Part shown: positions 48,064 through 57,320 of the stretch, in pieces
Layout of the letters: every line of letters begins with the position of its first letter
How positions within the stretch are numbered: the stretch's first letter is position 1
NCBI GenBank assembly: GCA_028711115.1
Contig: JAQTSV010000001.1
Span: 70,032 to 134,031, forward strand
Direction of reading: 5' to 3'
DNA length: 64,000 bases
DNA from: Candidatus Omnitrophota bacterium
GTDB taxonomy: Bacteria; Omnitrophota; Gorgyraeia; Velamenicoccales; JABMQK01
The notes under the pieces: generated by a model
Seen by the model: the letters and a program-made list of their open reading frames with translations, nothing else
Database searches by the model: none
Told to the model about the DNA's origin: nothing
Program-made: the position numbers and the translations under genes

Positions 48064-48587
48064 TGATAAAAGGAAAAACAGGAAGCCTCAAACCCATAAT
48101 AAACGGCTTAAGGTTTGAATCAAGAACAACTCTTAAGAACGTAATTTCTGCCATTCAAGGCTATGAAGTTAAGGATGATGTAGTTTATTTTAAAGGCAAT
48201 AAAGTAGCAGAGCTATATCAAAAGAATAAATTATACAAAAATCTGCTTGAGCCTCAAGGCGTGGATTACAAAAAGATAATTTCAAAGAGATTATTACCGG
48301 ATGACGCGATTTTAATACTAAAGGATGAGATTCTTTTTATAATAGAGATTAAATTTCAAGAGGTTTCGGGTTCTGTTGATGAAAAATTGCAGACATGCGA
48401 TTTCAAAAATCAACAGTATACAAAACTGCTAGCGCCTTTGAACATATCCGTCAAATATACCTACATCCTCAATGATTGGTTTAAAAAAGACGAATACAAA
48501 GACGTTCTTTCCTTTATTAAATCGGTGGGCTGCTATTATTTTTTTGATGAATTACCGTTCGATTTTTTAGGCTTACCTAAACCATAA
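48063..48587 (+). CDS. PD-(D/E)XK-type nuclease, candidate type II restriction endonuclease
   Basis: LLPDDAILILKDEILFIIEIKFQ gives a PD...(17 aa)...EIK catalytic pattern. 174 aa. Translationally coupled within the methyltransferase operon. Confidence 0.6.
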   Translation: MIKGKTGSLKPIINGLRFESRTTLKNVISAIQGYEVKDDVVYFKGNKVAELYQKNKLYKNLLEPQGVDYKKIISKRLLPDDAILILKDEILFIIEIKFQEVSGSVDEKLQTCDFKNQQYTKLLAPLNISVKYTYILNDWFKKDEYKDVLSFIKSVGCYYFFDELPFDFLGLPKP

Positions 48588-48620
48588 AATAATATTCTGG
48601 TTGTTTTTAAATAAGAGATT

Positions 48621-49265
48621 ATGGCAAAGAGTTCTAAAGTTCAAAAAACTCGGGATAGCTCTGCAGAAGCTTTAAAGACAGTTTACTATGTCATTATTGC
48701 TATAGCAATCACCGAAGCTTTAAGTAGAGTTTTGCTAAAAAATGGAACTTTCTTAGGCTGGAGAGAAATATTTATGATTAATAACCAATCAGCATTTTGG
48801 TTATTCTTTGCTTTTTTATGTACAATTTGTAGATTTATCCATGGCGCATCTATTCATCTAGATGTAATAAGAAAAGAACGCTATAAACCGCTTATTGATT
48901 GCATAGGTTTTTATTTACAAGCCATATTTTTTTATCTTATGGCTGTAACTTTACAAGAGCCTAGCAAATTTTCATTTTCATTTATTTTGATGCTTGTTTG
49001 CGATACAGGATGGTTATTAATTCTACGCGATATATTCAAATATATACCATTGAACAACAAAGTATGTAAGCAGTGGCTAAAAAGCAATAAATGGCTTATC
49101 GCAATATTTATTCTATTGTATTTATTTTCTCATTCCATGTTTCAGTATCATTGTTCTTTAGCTTTATTAACTTTGTCATGGTCAATATGTATTTCTATCG
49201 CCGCAATCATCGCGACCTTTTTTGATTATCGGACAAATAAAAACTTTTATTTCCCAGAACAATAA
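48621..49265 (+). CDS. hypothetical polytopic membrane protein
   Basis: 214 aa with about 5-6 hydrophobic helices (YYVIIAIAITEAL, FWLFFAFLCTI, IGFYLQAIFFYLMAV, FSFILMLVCDTGWLLIL, LIAIFILLYLF, ICISIAAIIATFF). No family recognised. Confidence 0.55.
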   Translation: MAKSSKVQKTRDSSAEALKTVYYVIIAIAITEALSRVLLKNGTFLGWREIFMINNQSAFWLFFAFLCTICRFIHGASIHLDVIRKERYKPLIDCIGFYLQAIFFYLMAVTLQEPSKFSFSFILMLVCDTGWLLILRDIFKYIPLNNKVCKQWLKSNKWLIAIFILLYLFSHSMFQYHCSLALLTLSWSICISIAAIIATFFDYRTNKNFYFPEQ

Positions 49266-49281
49266 TTATATTTTATAAAGA

Positions 49282-49638
49282 ATGAGTAGAAAATTGAAGA
49301 TATATATAGCAGGCCCTTATTCAGACAAATCAAAGAAGCAAAGACAAAAGAACACCGAATATGTTGTTGATGTTGGTATTAAAATATTCTTAAAAGGGCA
49401 TTTTCCTTACATTCCTCATTTGACACATTTCGTTGATTTACAAGCCAAAAAGACCAAAATCAATATTGGATGGAAAGACTATATGAGTTGGCACGATGTT
49501 TGGTTAACTACTTGCGATGCGTTTCTTTATCTAGGGAGCTCAAAAGGAGCTGATCGAGAGTTAAAAAAAGCAAAGAAATTAGGAAAGAAAATTTTTTATT
49601 CTCTTGATGAAATCTATTGTGCTAAGAAAAATAGCTAA
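49282..49638 (+). CDS. DUF4406 / nucleoside 2-deoxyribosyltransferase-like protein
   Basis: KIYIAGPYS N-terminal strand-loop, and WHDVWLTTCDAFLYLGSSKGADRELKKAKKLGKKIF at the C-terminus, match the DUF4406 pattern. 118 aa. Confidence 0.65.
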   Translation: MSRKLKIYIAGPYSDKSKKQRQKNTEYVVDVGIKIFLKGHFPYIPHLTHFVDLQAKKTKINIGWKDYMSWHDVWLTTCDAFLYLGSSKGADRELKKAKKLGKKIFYSLDEIYCAKKNS

Positions 49639-49901
49639 TCGTTCCTAGATATTTCTAGATAAATAGTTATAGAGAAGAAGCATCCGGGAGATTTTTCCAG
49701 ATTGAATTTGAGGGCGTAACAGAAGTAAGAACGGTTAAAAGTCCCAACCTCTTCTCCAATAACGTGTTATGAATGACGAACAAGAGATTAATAAGAGGCG
49801 TCAGCCACGTAAATCCTAGGGTTTTATAAATATAATAAAAGGGGTGGATTGCTGCGAGCGAATTAGTTTTTACCCCCAATTTTCCCAAAGAAAGCGCAAC
49901 C

Positions 49902-49978
49902 TTGATATTCTCAAAAGCATATGTTATACTTTACGAAGCCACGGGGGATTTGGATAAATCTTTAGTTCCGTGGTTTTT
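49902..49978 (+). promoter_or_regulatory. sigma70-like promoter followed immediately by a terminator-like leader hairpin
   Basis: TTGATA (49902-49907), a 17-nt spacer, then TATACT (49925-49930). CCACGG..CCGTGG (49939-49973) has an inner GATTT/AAATC stem and is followed by TTTTT (49974-49978). This lies 36 nt before the ATG at 50014. Confidence 0.5.
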
Positions 49979-50013
49979 GTTTTAATAAAGGTAAATACCA
50001 AAAGGAGAATAAG

Positions 50014-52494
50014 ATGAGAATGAGGAATGTAGGTTTACTTGCGATTTGCGCCCTCACTTTTGCATTTTTATTTTTTAATTTTTCCGATGCCTATGCTATA
50101 ACACTCCATGTCCCTGAAGAATATGCAACTATCCAATCGGCCATCAACGCCGCGGTCAACGGCGACGAGGTTCTGGTAAATGACGGAACATATCAGGAGG
50201 CGATAAATTTTCTGGGCAAGGCGATTACGGTTACAAGCGTTAACGGCCCGCAGGTTACGATTATTGACGGCAACGGAACTATTCCTGTTTTAGTTACCTT
50301 TGAATTAGACGAAACCCAGAATGCAATATTAGACGGATTTACGGTTCAGAAGGCTTATTACTTCGGAATTAAATGCGATAATTTTTCCGCCCCCACCATC
50401 AGAAATAATATAATAACCTGGAATAGATACAATGGTCTTGACTGCGCCGGTGTCGGTAGCTACGGACATTCTTCGCCCACTATAACTCATAACATTATAG
50501 CCAATAACTATACTGCCAGCATTCTGTGTGAGCAGAATTCCTCGCCTCTTATTACGAATAACACTATTTTTGGAAATGGGAGCATTGTTTGTGAAGGTGC
50601 CAGCAATCCTGCAATTAGCGATAATACTCTTATTGGCAACGGTATTTCATGTCATTCCTCCGCCACCATTACAAATAATATTATTACCGGAAGCGACACA
50701 GCTATTAACGTAGGGGATGCTTCTGATATAACTATAATCAGGAATATTATTACCGGAAACGGGAACTATGGCATTTACTGTTACAATACCCCTTCAATTA
50801 CTATTACCGACAACATCATTACCAGCAATGGTTATTACGGTATTTGGATATCTTCTCCTTCTGCGGTTATTTCTATTTCACATAACGATGTCTGGAATAA
50901 TGGAGGAGATACAAATGGTGATGGCATAGCAGAATGGAACTATCACGGAAATGCGCAGCCGGGGACAGGAGACATATCCCAGAACCCTCTGTTTGAAGGA
51001 GTAGCTGTGTCTATCCCGCAGGATTATCCTACTATTCAGGAAGGAATTATTGCCTGCAGCGCATTCAGATTAGCAACAGGGTCTCCCTGCATAGGAGCTG
51101 CCAGCGACGGCAACAATATAGGAAGGTATTCCCAGCAAACAGAATATGGCACTGCCGGAGATTTTATAATCAATGTTTCTCCTGGCACATACGTGGAAAA
51201 CTTAAGCTTATCTGCCTTTGTAAAATTAATAGGAGCAGGTGCCTCGTCTACAATAATCGACGGCAATAATAATGGAAAGTCAGCAGTGAAAATTATTGTT
51301 GGCAGGGCAGAAGGAGTTATCCGCGGTTTTACGATTAGGAATGGAAACTACGGCATTTCTTCTTTCAGCTCTTTTTTCAGAATCGCCGATAACATTATTA
51401 CCCAGAATACAGACAATGGTATCAAAGCTGACAGTGGTGCGGGTTCTCACGATACTTGTTATCTTACGATTGCCAATAATTCCATCTCTGCAAATGGAAT
51501 GAGTGGTATTCAGTGTTTCTGGGCTTCCAGTGCAAGAATTTTCAATAATATTATTTTTGGGAACAGCCTCGACGGTATTGATTGTCATAATTGGTCCAGA
51601 CCAGCGAACAAAATTATGAATAATGTCATTTTGGGAAATGGCAGGCACGGCGTTTCCTGCTATTACAGATCCGAACCCACCGTTATCAATAACATCATTA
51701 CAGGCAATTCAGAATATGGGGTTTATGATTATGATTCAGATTCTACTTATGATCCAGAAATTACATATAACGACATCTGGAACAATGCAGAAGGCAGCTA
51801 CGGTGGCTATGCCGGGCCCGGGAATAATGATATATCGCTGGACCCGCTTTTTGTAAATGCCGGGGCAGGTAATTATCGTTTATCACAAAATTCACCAGCC
51901 ATCAATGCCGGAGACCCCGATCCTATATATAATGACCTTGACGGTTCACGCAATGATATGGGTGCTTATGGCGGCCCTTATGCAACTCCTGTTTCTATAA
52001 ATATCACCTCTCCCCAGGAAGGAGAGATTATGCCTACTCTGACCCCTACCATTATCTGGAATACTTCTGGTATAGGCGCGAATGCAAATTTAAGGCTTGT
52101 TATAAGACACCCAAATCTACTCAGAAATTACTCAAAAAGATCCGGTATTAAAAATACCCTATTGGCTATTGCCGGACTTTTTGATACAGAACCAGCCTAT
52201 GCCCAGGAAGTAATGCCGCTATCGATAACAGATTTAGACGTGATAATCCCGAATACAGGCACTTATACTATACCGGCAGGCATATTGTCATCCAGTTTTA
52301 GATACACATTAGAATTAGCCAGCCAGGAAGAGCCCGGAGTAAAAGACATTGTTCATTTCAGAGTTTCAGCTTCCGGTCGCTTTAACCCACTGGATTACAA
52401 AACAATATCAGATGTAAACTCTGTAGCCACTAAATCCGTAAGCAATAAAGCAGTAGATACAACAGAGATAAAATTAGATACAAAGAAGAAGTAG
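50014..52494 (+). CDS. secreted right-handed parallel beta-helix repeat protein
   Basis: Signal peptide MRMRNVGLLAICALTFAFLFFNFSDAYA. Dozens of PbH1-type repeats (NNIITGN, NIITGNG, NNIIFGN, NNVILGN). 826 aa. Confidence 0.85.
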   Translation: MRMRNVGLLAICALTFAFLFFNFSDAYAITLHVPEEYATIQSAINAAVNGDEVLVNDGTYQEAINFLGKAITVTSVNGPQVTIIDGNGTIPVLVTFELDETQNAILDGFTVQKAYYFGIKCDNFSAPTIRNNIITWNRYNGLDCAGVGSYGHSSPTITHNIIANNYTASILCEQNSSPLITNNTIFGNGSIVCEGASNPAISDNTLIGNGISCHSSATITNNIITGSDTAINVGDASDITIIRNIITGNGNYGIYCYNTPSITITDNIITSNGYYGIWISSPSAVISISHNDVWNNGGDTNGDGIAEWNYHGNAQPGTGDISQNPLFEGVAVSIPQDYPTIQEGIIACSAFRLATGSPCIGAASDGNNIGRYSQQTEYGTAGDFIINVSPGTYVENLSLSAFVKLIGAGASSTIIDGNNNGKSAVKIIVGRAEGVIRGFTIRNGNYGISSFSSFFRIADNIITQNTDNGIKADSGAGSHDTCYLTIANNSISANGMSGIQCFWASSARIFNNIIFGNSLDGIDCHNWSRPANKIMNNVILGNGRHGVSCYYRSEPTVINNIITGNSEYGVYDYDSDSTYDPEITYNDIWNNAEGSYGGYAGPGNNDISLDPLFVNAGAGNYRLSQNSPAINAGDPDPIYNDLDGSRNDMGAYGGPYATPVSINITSPQEGEIMPTLTPTIIWNTSGIGANANLRLVIRHPNLLRNYSKRSGIKNTLLAIAGLFDTEPAYAQEVMPLSITDLDVIIPNTGTYTIPAGILSSSFRYTLELASQEEPGVKDIVHFRVSASGRFNPLDYKTISDVNSVATKSVSNKAVDTTEIKLDTKKK

Positions 52495-52615
52495 GCAATT
52501 CGGTTTCTGCCACAAAATACGGTATATTTCCTTCCTGATTTTTATGAGATTCTTCGGCACATTGCCTCAGAGAGCAAAGTAAATCTTTGTTAGATTCTTC
52601 GCTTCCGCTCAGAAT

Positions 52616-52649
52616 CAAGCAAGATTTTCATTGATAAAAATCTTGCTTG
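52616..52649. repeat. perfect 13-bp inverted repeat overlapping the pyrR promoter -35
   Basis: CAAGCAAGATTTT (52616-52628) pairs with AAAATCTTGCTTG (52637-52649). There is no T-run after it. Confidence 0.6.
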
Positions 52650-52675
52650 ACATTCCCAGGCTTTGATGTTATAGT
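52647..52675 (+). promoter_or_regulatory. sigma70-like promoter of the pyr operon
   Basis: TTGACA (52647-52652), a 17-nt spacer, then TATAGT (52670-52675) preceded by TG. Confidence 0.6.
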
Positions 52676-52688
52676 TTTAGCAACATAA

Positions 52689-52723
52689 ATCCTTTAAGCC
52701 GGTTCAGAGAAACCGGTAAGGAT
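52689..52723 (+). promoter_or_regulatory. PyrR-binding anti-antiterminator-type hairpin
   Basis: AUCCUU-UAAG-CCGGUU-CAGAGA-AACCGG-U-AAGGAU. The terminal hexaloop fits CNGNGA and there is a purine-rich internal bulge, as in described PyrR binding loops. Confidence 0.65.
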
Positions 52724-52761
52724 AAAATAAAATGAAGATAAAATCGATAAAACAAAATTTA

Positions 52762-52788
52762 CCCGCTATTCCAAGCGGGATTTTTTTT
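52762..52788 (+). terminator. attenuator/intrinsic terminator in the pyr leader
   Basis: CCCGC-TATTCCAA-GCGGG followed by ATTTTTTTT, 16 nt before the pyrR GTG start. Confidence 0.7.
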
Positions 52789-52803
52789 AACTAGAGGTGT
52801 ATC

Positions 52804-53379
52804 GTGGCAAGAAAACGCAGTAAAGTAATCTTAAGAGAAAAAGAGAAAATCCTGGATAAGGCCGGCATAGAAAAAATAATAAAGCGCCTGGCCCATGAGA
52901 TTATCGAAAAAAACAAAGGCACGGAGCAATTGGCCATAATCGGCATTATGACGCGCGGAGCGCATCTTGCCAAAAGGCTGGCAAATGCGATTATGGAAAT
53001 AGACGGCAAGCAGCCGCCGCTGGGTACGCTGGACATAACATTTTACCGCGACGATTTAAGTGTCATAGCAGAGCAGCCGGTGGTAAAAAAGACAGATCTT
53101 ATGTTTGACATTACCGATAAAAAAGTTATTCTCGTCGACGACGTTTTATATACGGGAAGGACAATAAGGGCGGCGCTAACACAGCTTCTGGATTTCGGCA
53201 GGCCGCAATTTATTCAACTGGCAGTATTAATTGACCGCGGTTTTCGGGAACTTCCCATAAGGGCTGATTTTGTGGGCAAAAATATCCCCACATCGCAAAA
53301 AGAAATTGTAGAAGTTAGATTAGAAGAGACCGACGGAACCGACGAAGTGGTAATTATGGAAAAGGAAAATAACCAATAG
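52804..53379 (+). CDS. pyrR: bifunctional pyr operon regulator / uracil phosphoribosyltransferase PyrR
   Basis: PRTase motif VILVDDVLYTGRTIRAA. 191 aa. GTG start. Confidence 0.92.
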   Translation: MARKRSKVILREKEKILDKAGIEKIIKRLAHEIIEKNKGTEQLAIIGIMTRGAHLAKRLANAIMEIDGKQPPLGTLDITFYRDDLSVIAEQPVVKKTDLMFDITDKKVILVDDVLYTGRTIRAALTQLLDFGRPQFIQLAVLIDRGFRELPIRADFVGKNIPTSQKEIVEVRLEETDGTDEVVIMEKENNQ

Positions 53380-53388
53380 AGGAGCCTG

Positions 53389-54348
53389 ATGGCTACCAAT
53401 CCCAGCAATAAAACCAAATGGAATAAAAAAGACCTCTTAGGTTTAGAGGAATTGACCAAAGAAGAAATAGAGCTTGTTTTAGACACAGCCGATTCCTTCA
53501 AGGAAGTTTTGACGCGCGAGGTAAAAAAGGTTCCTACGCTAAGAGGAAAAACCGTAGTTCTTTTATTTCTGGAGCCGTCCACGCGCACGCGCACCTCTTT
53601 TGAGCTGGCGGCAAAAAGATTATCCGCAGACACAATAAGCATCGCCGGAAATTCATCCTCAATAGTCAAGGGCGAAAGCCTGACAGACACGGCAAAAAAT
53701 ATCGAGGCCATGAATGTGGACGTAATTGTATTGCGGCACATGGCCGAAGGCAGCGCCTATATGCTTTCCAAACAGGTGGATGCAGCTGTGATAAACGCCG
53801 GAGACGGCTGCCACGAACATCCCACACAGGCGCTTTTGGATATTATGACCATACGGGAGAGAAAACAGAATATACAGGACTTAAAAATTGCAATCGTCGG
53901 AGACATCGCGCATTCAAGGGTGGCGCGTTCAAATATCTGGGGATTAAAAAAGCTGGGCGCACACGTAATAGTCTGCGGTCCGGCAACATTAATGCCCAAA
54001 GATGTGGAAGAACTGGGAGTGGAAGTCTCTTACGATATTAACGACGCCATAAAAGACGCAGATGTGATTAATGTATTGCGGCTGCAGATGGAGCGCCAGA
54101 AAGAACATCTGTTTCCTTCCATACGCGAATATATCAGGTTGTTCGGAATAGATAAGGAAAGATTAACGCATGCCAAAAAAGACGTTTTAATTTTGCACCC
54201 CGGCCCGGTAAACCGCGGCATTGAATTGAGTGCAGACGTGGCAGATTCACCGTACGCGCTTATTTTAAACCAGGTGACCAACGGCATAGCCGTGCGCATG
54301 GCGGTTTTATATTTACTGGGTGTGCAGAAAGGCGAAAAACAAAAATGA
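53389..54348 (+). CDS. pyrB: aspartate carbamoyltransferase catalytic subunit
   Basis: [11 protein letters not shown] and HPTQALLD motifs. Confidence 0.95.
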   Translation: MATNPSNKTKWNKKDLLGLEELTKEEIELVLDTADSFKEVLTREVKKVPTLRGKTVVLLFLEPSTRTRTSFELAAKRLSADTISIAGNSSSIVKGESLTDTAKNIEAMNVDVIVLRHMAEGSAYMLSKQVDAAVINAGDGCHEHPTQALLDIMTIRERKQNIQDLKIAIVGDIAHSRVARSNIWGLKKLGAHVIVCGPATLMPKDVEELGVEVSYDINDAIKDADVINVLRLQMERQKEHLFPSIREYIRLFGIDKERLTHAKKDVLILHPGPVNRGIELSADVADSPYALILNQVTNGIAVRMAVLYLLGVQKGEKQK

Positions 54349-55619
54349 GCCTTTTAATTCAGAACGGTTTGGTGGTTGATCCTGCGACCAATAAAGCCCA
54401 GATCCAGGATATCTTGATTGAAAAATCCGGTATCGCAAAGCTGGCTAAAAATATCAAAGCCGACAATAAGACCATTGATGCCACAGGAAAAATTATTCTG
54501 CCCGGACTTATTGATTTGCATACGCATTTAAGAGTTCCCGGTAGAGAAGACGAAGAGACAATACTTAGCGGTTCTTTGGCTGCGGTAAAAGGCGGTTTCA
54601 CCACCATAATGTGCATGCCCAATACAAATCCGGTCATTGATAATGCCTCAGTGGTGGATTTGATAAAGAAAGAAAACGCCAAGGCAGGTTTAATAGATAT
54701 TATCCCGGTGGGCGCAATTACCAAAGGACAATTAGGCTGTGAATTTTCAGAACTGGCAGAATTAAAAGAGGCGGGCTGCCTGGCCATATCCGAGGATGGT
54801 AAATCCGTGGAAAATACACATCTTATGCGCCGGGCTTTGGAATATGCCAGGATGCTGGGATTATTGGTAATCTCACATTGCGAAGATAAGAATTTAAGTA
54901 ACAGCGGCCTGATGCACGAAGACATTGTCTCCACAAAACTGGGGTTAAAAGGTATCCCCGATATTGCCGAGACAATAATCGTCGGCCGCGACATAGAATT
55001 AGCACGTTTTACAAAGGCAAAATTACACCTGGCGCATATAAGCACAGGCCGCGCCCTGGAATTAATCAAGCGCGCCAAAGATGACAGCGTGGATGTGACT
55101 GCGGAAACCTGCCCGCATTACATCGCTTTAAATGACGAGGCAGTCTCCACATTCAATACCAACACAAAAATCAATCCGCCTTTACGCACAGAAAAAGACC
55201 GGCAGCAGATTTTAAAAGCCCTGCAAAGCGGAATTATCGATTGTATCTCCACGGATCACGCGCCGCATAACCAGGCAGAAAAAGAATTGGAATATAACCT
55301 GGCGCCATTCGGCACAATTGGTCTGGAGACGGCGTTGAGCGTGGTAATAACCGAGTTATTGGAGAATAAACTTATCGACTGGCTTCAGTTGGCTAAGCTT
55401 ATGAGCCTTAATCCCGCCAAAAGATTAGGATTAAAAGACAAAGGTTTCATCGCAGAAGGCCTGGAGGCCAATCTTGTAATTATCGACCCGCAGGCAGAAT
55501 GGCTGGTTAAAGAAGGCGATTTTGTCTCCAAGTCCAAGAATTCAGTTTTTATAGGAAAGAAACTAAAGGGTTGTGTGGATTACACAATTTCCAAAGGCAG
55601 GATAGTGTTTAAAAGATGA
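54345..55619 (+). CDS. pyrC: dihydroorotase
   Basis: [14 protein letters not shown] metal-binding motif and STDHAPH. 424 aa. Confidence 0.93.
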   Translation: MSLLIQNGLVVDPATNKAQIQDILIEKSGIAKLAKNIKADNKTIDATGKIILPGLIDLHTHLRVPGREDEETILSGSLAAVKGGFTTIMCMPNTNPVIDNASVVDLIKKENAKAGLIDIIPVGAITKGQLGCEFSELAELKEAGCLAISEDGKSVENTHLMRRALEYARMLGLLVISHCEDKNLSNSGLMHEDIVSTKLGLKGIPDIAETIIVGRDIELARFTKAKLHLAHISTGRALELIKRAKDDSVDVTAETCPHYIALNDEAVSTFNTNTKINPPLRTEKDRQQILKALQSGIIDCISTDHAPHNQAEKELEYNLAPFGTIGLETALSVVITELLENKLIDWLQLAKLMSLNPAKRLGLKDKGFIAEGLEANLVIIDPQAEWLVKEGDFVSKSKNSVFIGKKLKGCVDYTISKGRIVFKR

Positions 55620-56068
55620 AATTCCTCGCAAGCCGCGAATTAGGCAGGCTCGCCAAGTGGCTGCGCATATTAGGATTTGACACCGTATATTTTCGTGACA
55701 ACAATAAAGGCTCGCTTATAATTACCGCCTTACGGGAAGATAGAATAATTCTGACACGCAATAAAGTTCTGGTAAACGATAAATCCCTAAAAATACTGTT
55801 TATAGAAAGCGAAAATATAAAACAACAGCTAAAATAGATAAAATCGCAGCTGAATGTAGAATTTCATGTAAATGAGATGTTTACCAGATGCGTTTTGTGC
55901 AATAAAATTTTATCAGAAGTTTCCAGAGACAAGATAAAAGATAAAGTTCCCGAATATGTGTTCCAGGCGCAGGATAAATTCCTGCGTTGCGATGAGTGTG
56001 GCCGCGTTTACTGGCAGGGCACGCACTGGGATAACGCAGCCGCAACCTTACAGGAAATAATACAATGA
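55616..56068 (+). pseudogene. Mut7-C (DUF82) PIN-like RNase plus zinc-ribbon gene interrupted by one in-frame TAG (55835-55837)
   Basis: ORFs 55616-55837 and 55877-56068 are in the same frame, and the 39 nt between them contain no further stop. The joined product is about 150 aa, with an N-terminal LGRLAKWLRILGFD and a C-terminal RCVLCN...CDECGRVYWQGTHW zinc ribbon. Confidence 0.6.
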
Positions 56069-57306
56069 AATTTATAGCCGACTTTCACATTCACTCCAAA
56101 TACAGCCGCGCCACTTCGCGCGATATGGATGTGGAACACTTGGCTGAATGGGCAAAATTAAAAGGCATAAATCTTATGGGCACTGGTGATTTTACCCACC
56201 ATCTCTGGCTGGAAGAATTAAAATCAAAATTAGAACCAAAAGGTAACGGAATATTTATCTACAAGGACGTAAATTTTATCCTGACCACCGAAATAAGCAG
56301 TATTTATTCCAAAAAAGGCAAGACCTACAGGATTCATAATATGGTGTTTGCGCCATCCTTTGAAGTTGTAGACAAGATAAACAATGCTTTATCCCGACGG
56401 GGAAATCTGGCCAGCGACGGAAGGCCCATACTTGGCGTGGATGCGGCAGACCTGGCGCAGATTATTTTTGACATCGATGAAAACTGTATGCTTGTGCCGG
56501 GGCATATCTGGACGCCGTGGTTTAGTTTGTTTGGTTCAATGTCCGGATTTGACAGAATCGAAGATTGTTTTGAAAAACACACGCCGAAAATTTTCGCGCT
56601 GGAAACCGGATTATCGTCGGACCCGGCAATGAACTGGCGGCTTTCCAAATTGGACAGGTTTACTCTGATTTCCAATTCTGACAGCCATTCTCCGGCTAAA
56701 ATCGGCAGAGAGGCAAATGTGTTTGACTGTGAAATGGATTATTCTACCATAAGAGATGTGTTACGGAAAAAAGACAAGACAAAATTTCTTTATACAATTG
56801 AATTTTTCCCGGAGGAAGGAAAATACCATTTTGACGGCCACAGGCTCTGTAATATTTGTTTTTCGCCGAAAGAATCCCGCGACAATAAAAATCGCTGCCC
56901 CAAATGCGGCAGGCCTTTGACTATCGGTGTAATGAACAGAGTCGAGCAGTTGGCTGACAGGCCCGAAGGCACTGTGCCGTCCAATGCCATACCTTTTAAA
57001 AATCTTATACCTTTGGATGAAATTATTGCCGAGGCAAAAGGAGTAGGCAAGAGCTCTCTGGGAGTAGAGAGGGAATATCGCAGCGTGATTTCCAAATTCG
57101 GCAATGAATTCGAAATTTTATTAAACGCCGAAGAAAAAGATTTAAGAGCCAATCTGTCCGAGCGCATAGCCGAAGGCGTATTACGCGTAAAGCAGGGCAA
57201 AGTGGATATCCGCCCCGGTTTCGACGGAGAATACGGCAAGATAAATATTTTCGGCGAAGAGGAATTTAAAAAAGAAAAAAACCAGGCCCAGCTGGATTTA
57301 TTTTGA
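56065..57306 (+). CDS. endonuclease Q family protein (PHP domain + zinc ribbon; TIGR00375-type)
   Basis: ADFHIHSKYSRATS PHP motif and a CPKCGRPLTIGV zinc ribbon. 413 aa. Confidence 0.75.
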   Translation: MKFIADFHIHSKYSRATSRDMDVEHLAEWAKLKGINLMGTGDFTHHLWLEELKSKLEPKGNGIFIYKDVNFILTTEISSIYSKKGKTYRIHNMVFAPSFEVVDKINNALSRRGNLASDGRPILGVDAADLAQIIFDIDENCMLVPGHIWTPWFSLFGSMSGFDRIEDCFEKHTPKIFALETGLSSDPAMNWRLSKLDRFTLISNSDSHSPAKIGREANVFDCEMDYSTIRDVLRKKDKTKFLYTIEFFPEEGKYHFDGHRLCNICFSPKESRDNKNRCPKCGRPLTIGVMNRVEQLADRPEGTVPSNAIPFKNLIPLDEIIAEAKGVGKSSLGVEREYRSVISKFGNEFEILLNAEEKDLRANLSERIAEGVLRVKQGKVDIRPGFDGEYGKINIFGEEEFKKEKNQAQLDLF

Positions 57307-57320
57307 GGGAAATATAAACT

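Noticed and set aside
49667-49888. 73-aa minus-strand ORF in the island-to-beta-helix spacer
   Set aside because: It is the only minus-strand ORF in a 35-kb plus-strand block. It has no RBS or family features and lies in an AT-rich spacer. Treated as non-coding, although it could be a gene remnant.
46631-49899. 10-bp direct repeat AAAGAAAGCG at both edges of the AT-rich island (about 46631-46640 and 49889-49898) as possible att sites
   Set aside because: A single A-rich 10-mer match between two AT-rich flanks is plausibly chance, there is no extended identity around it, and no integrase is present.
55835-55837. TAG reassignment (sense-codon recoding) as the explanation for the split Mut7-C gene
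   Set aside because: TAG is used as the terminal stop of several well-supported genes in this window (for example the Doc-type toxin, rsmI and the GIY-YIG ORF). Genome-wide reassignment is therefore unlikely.
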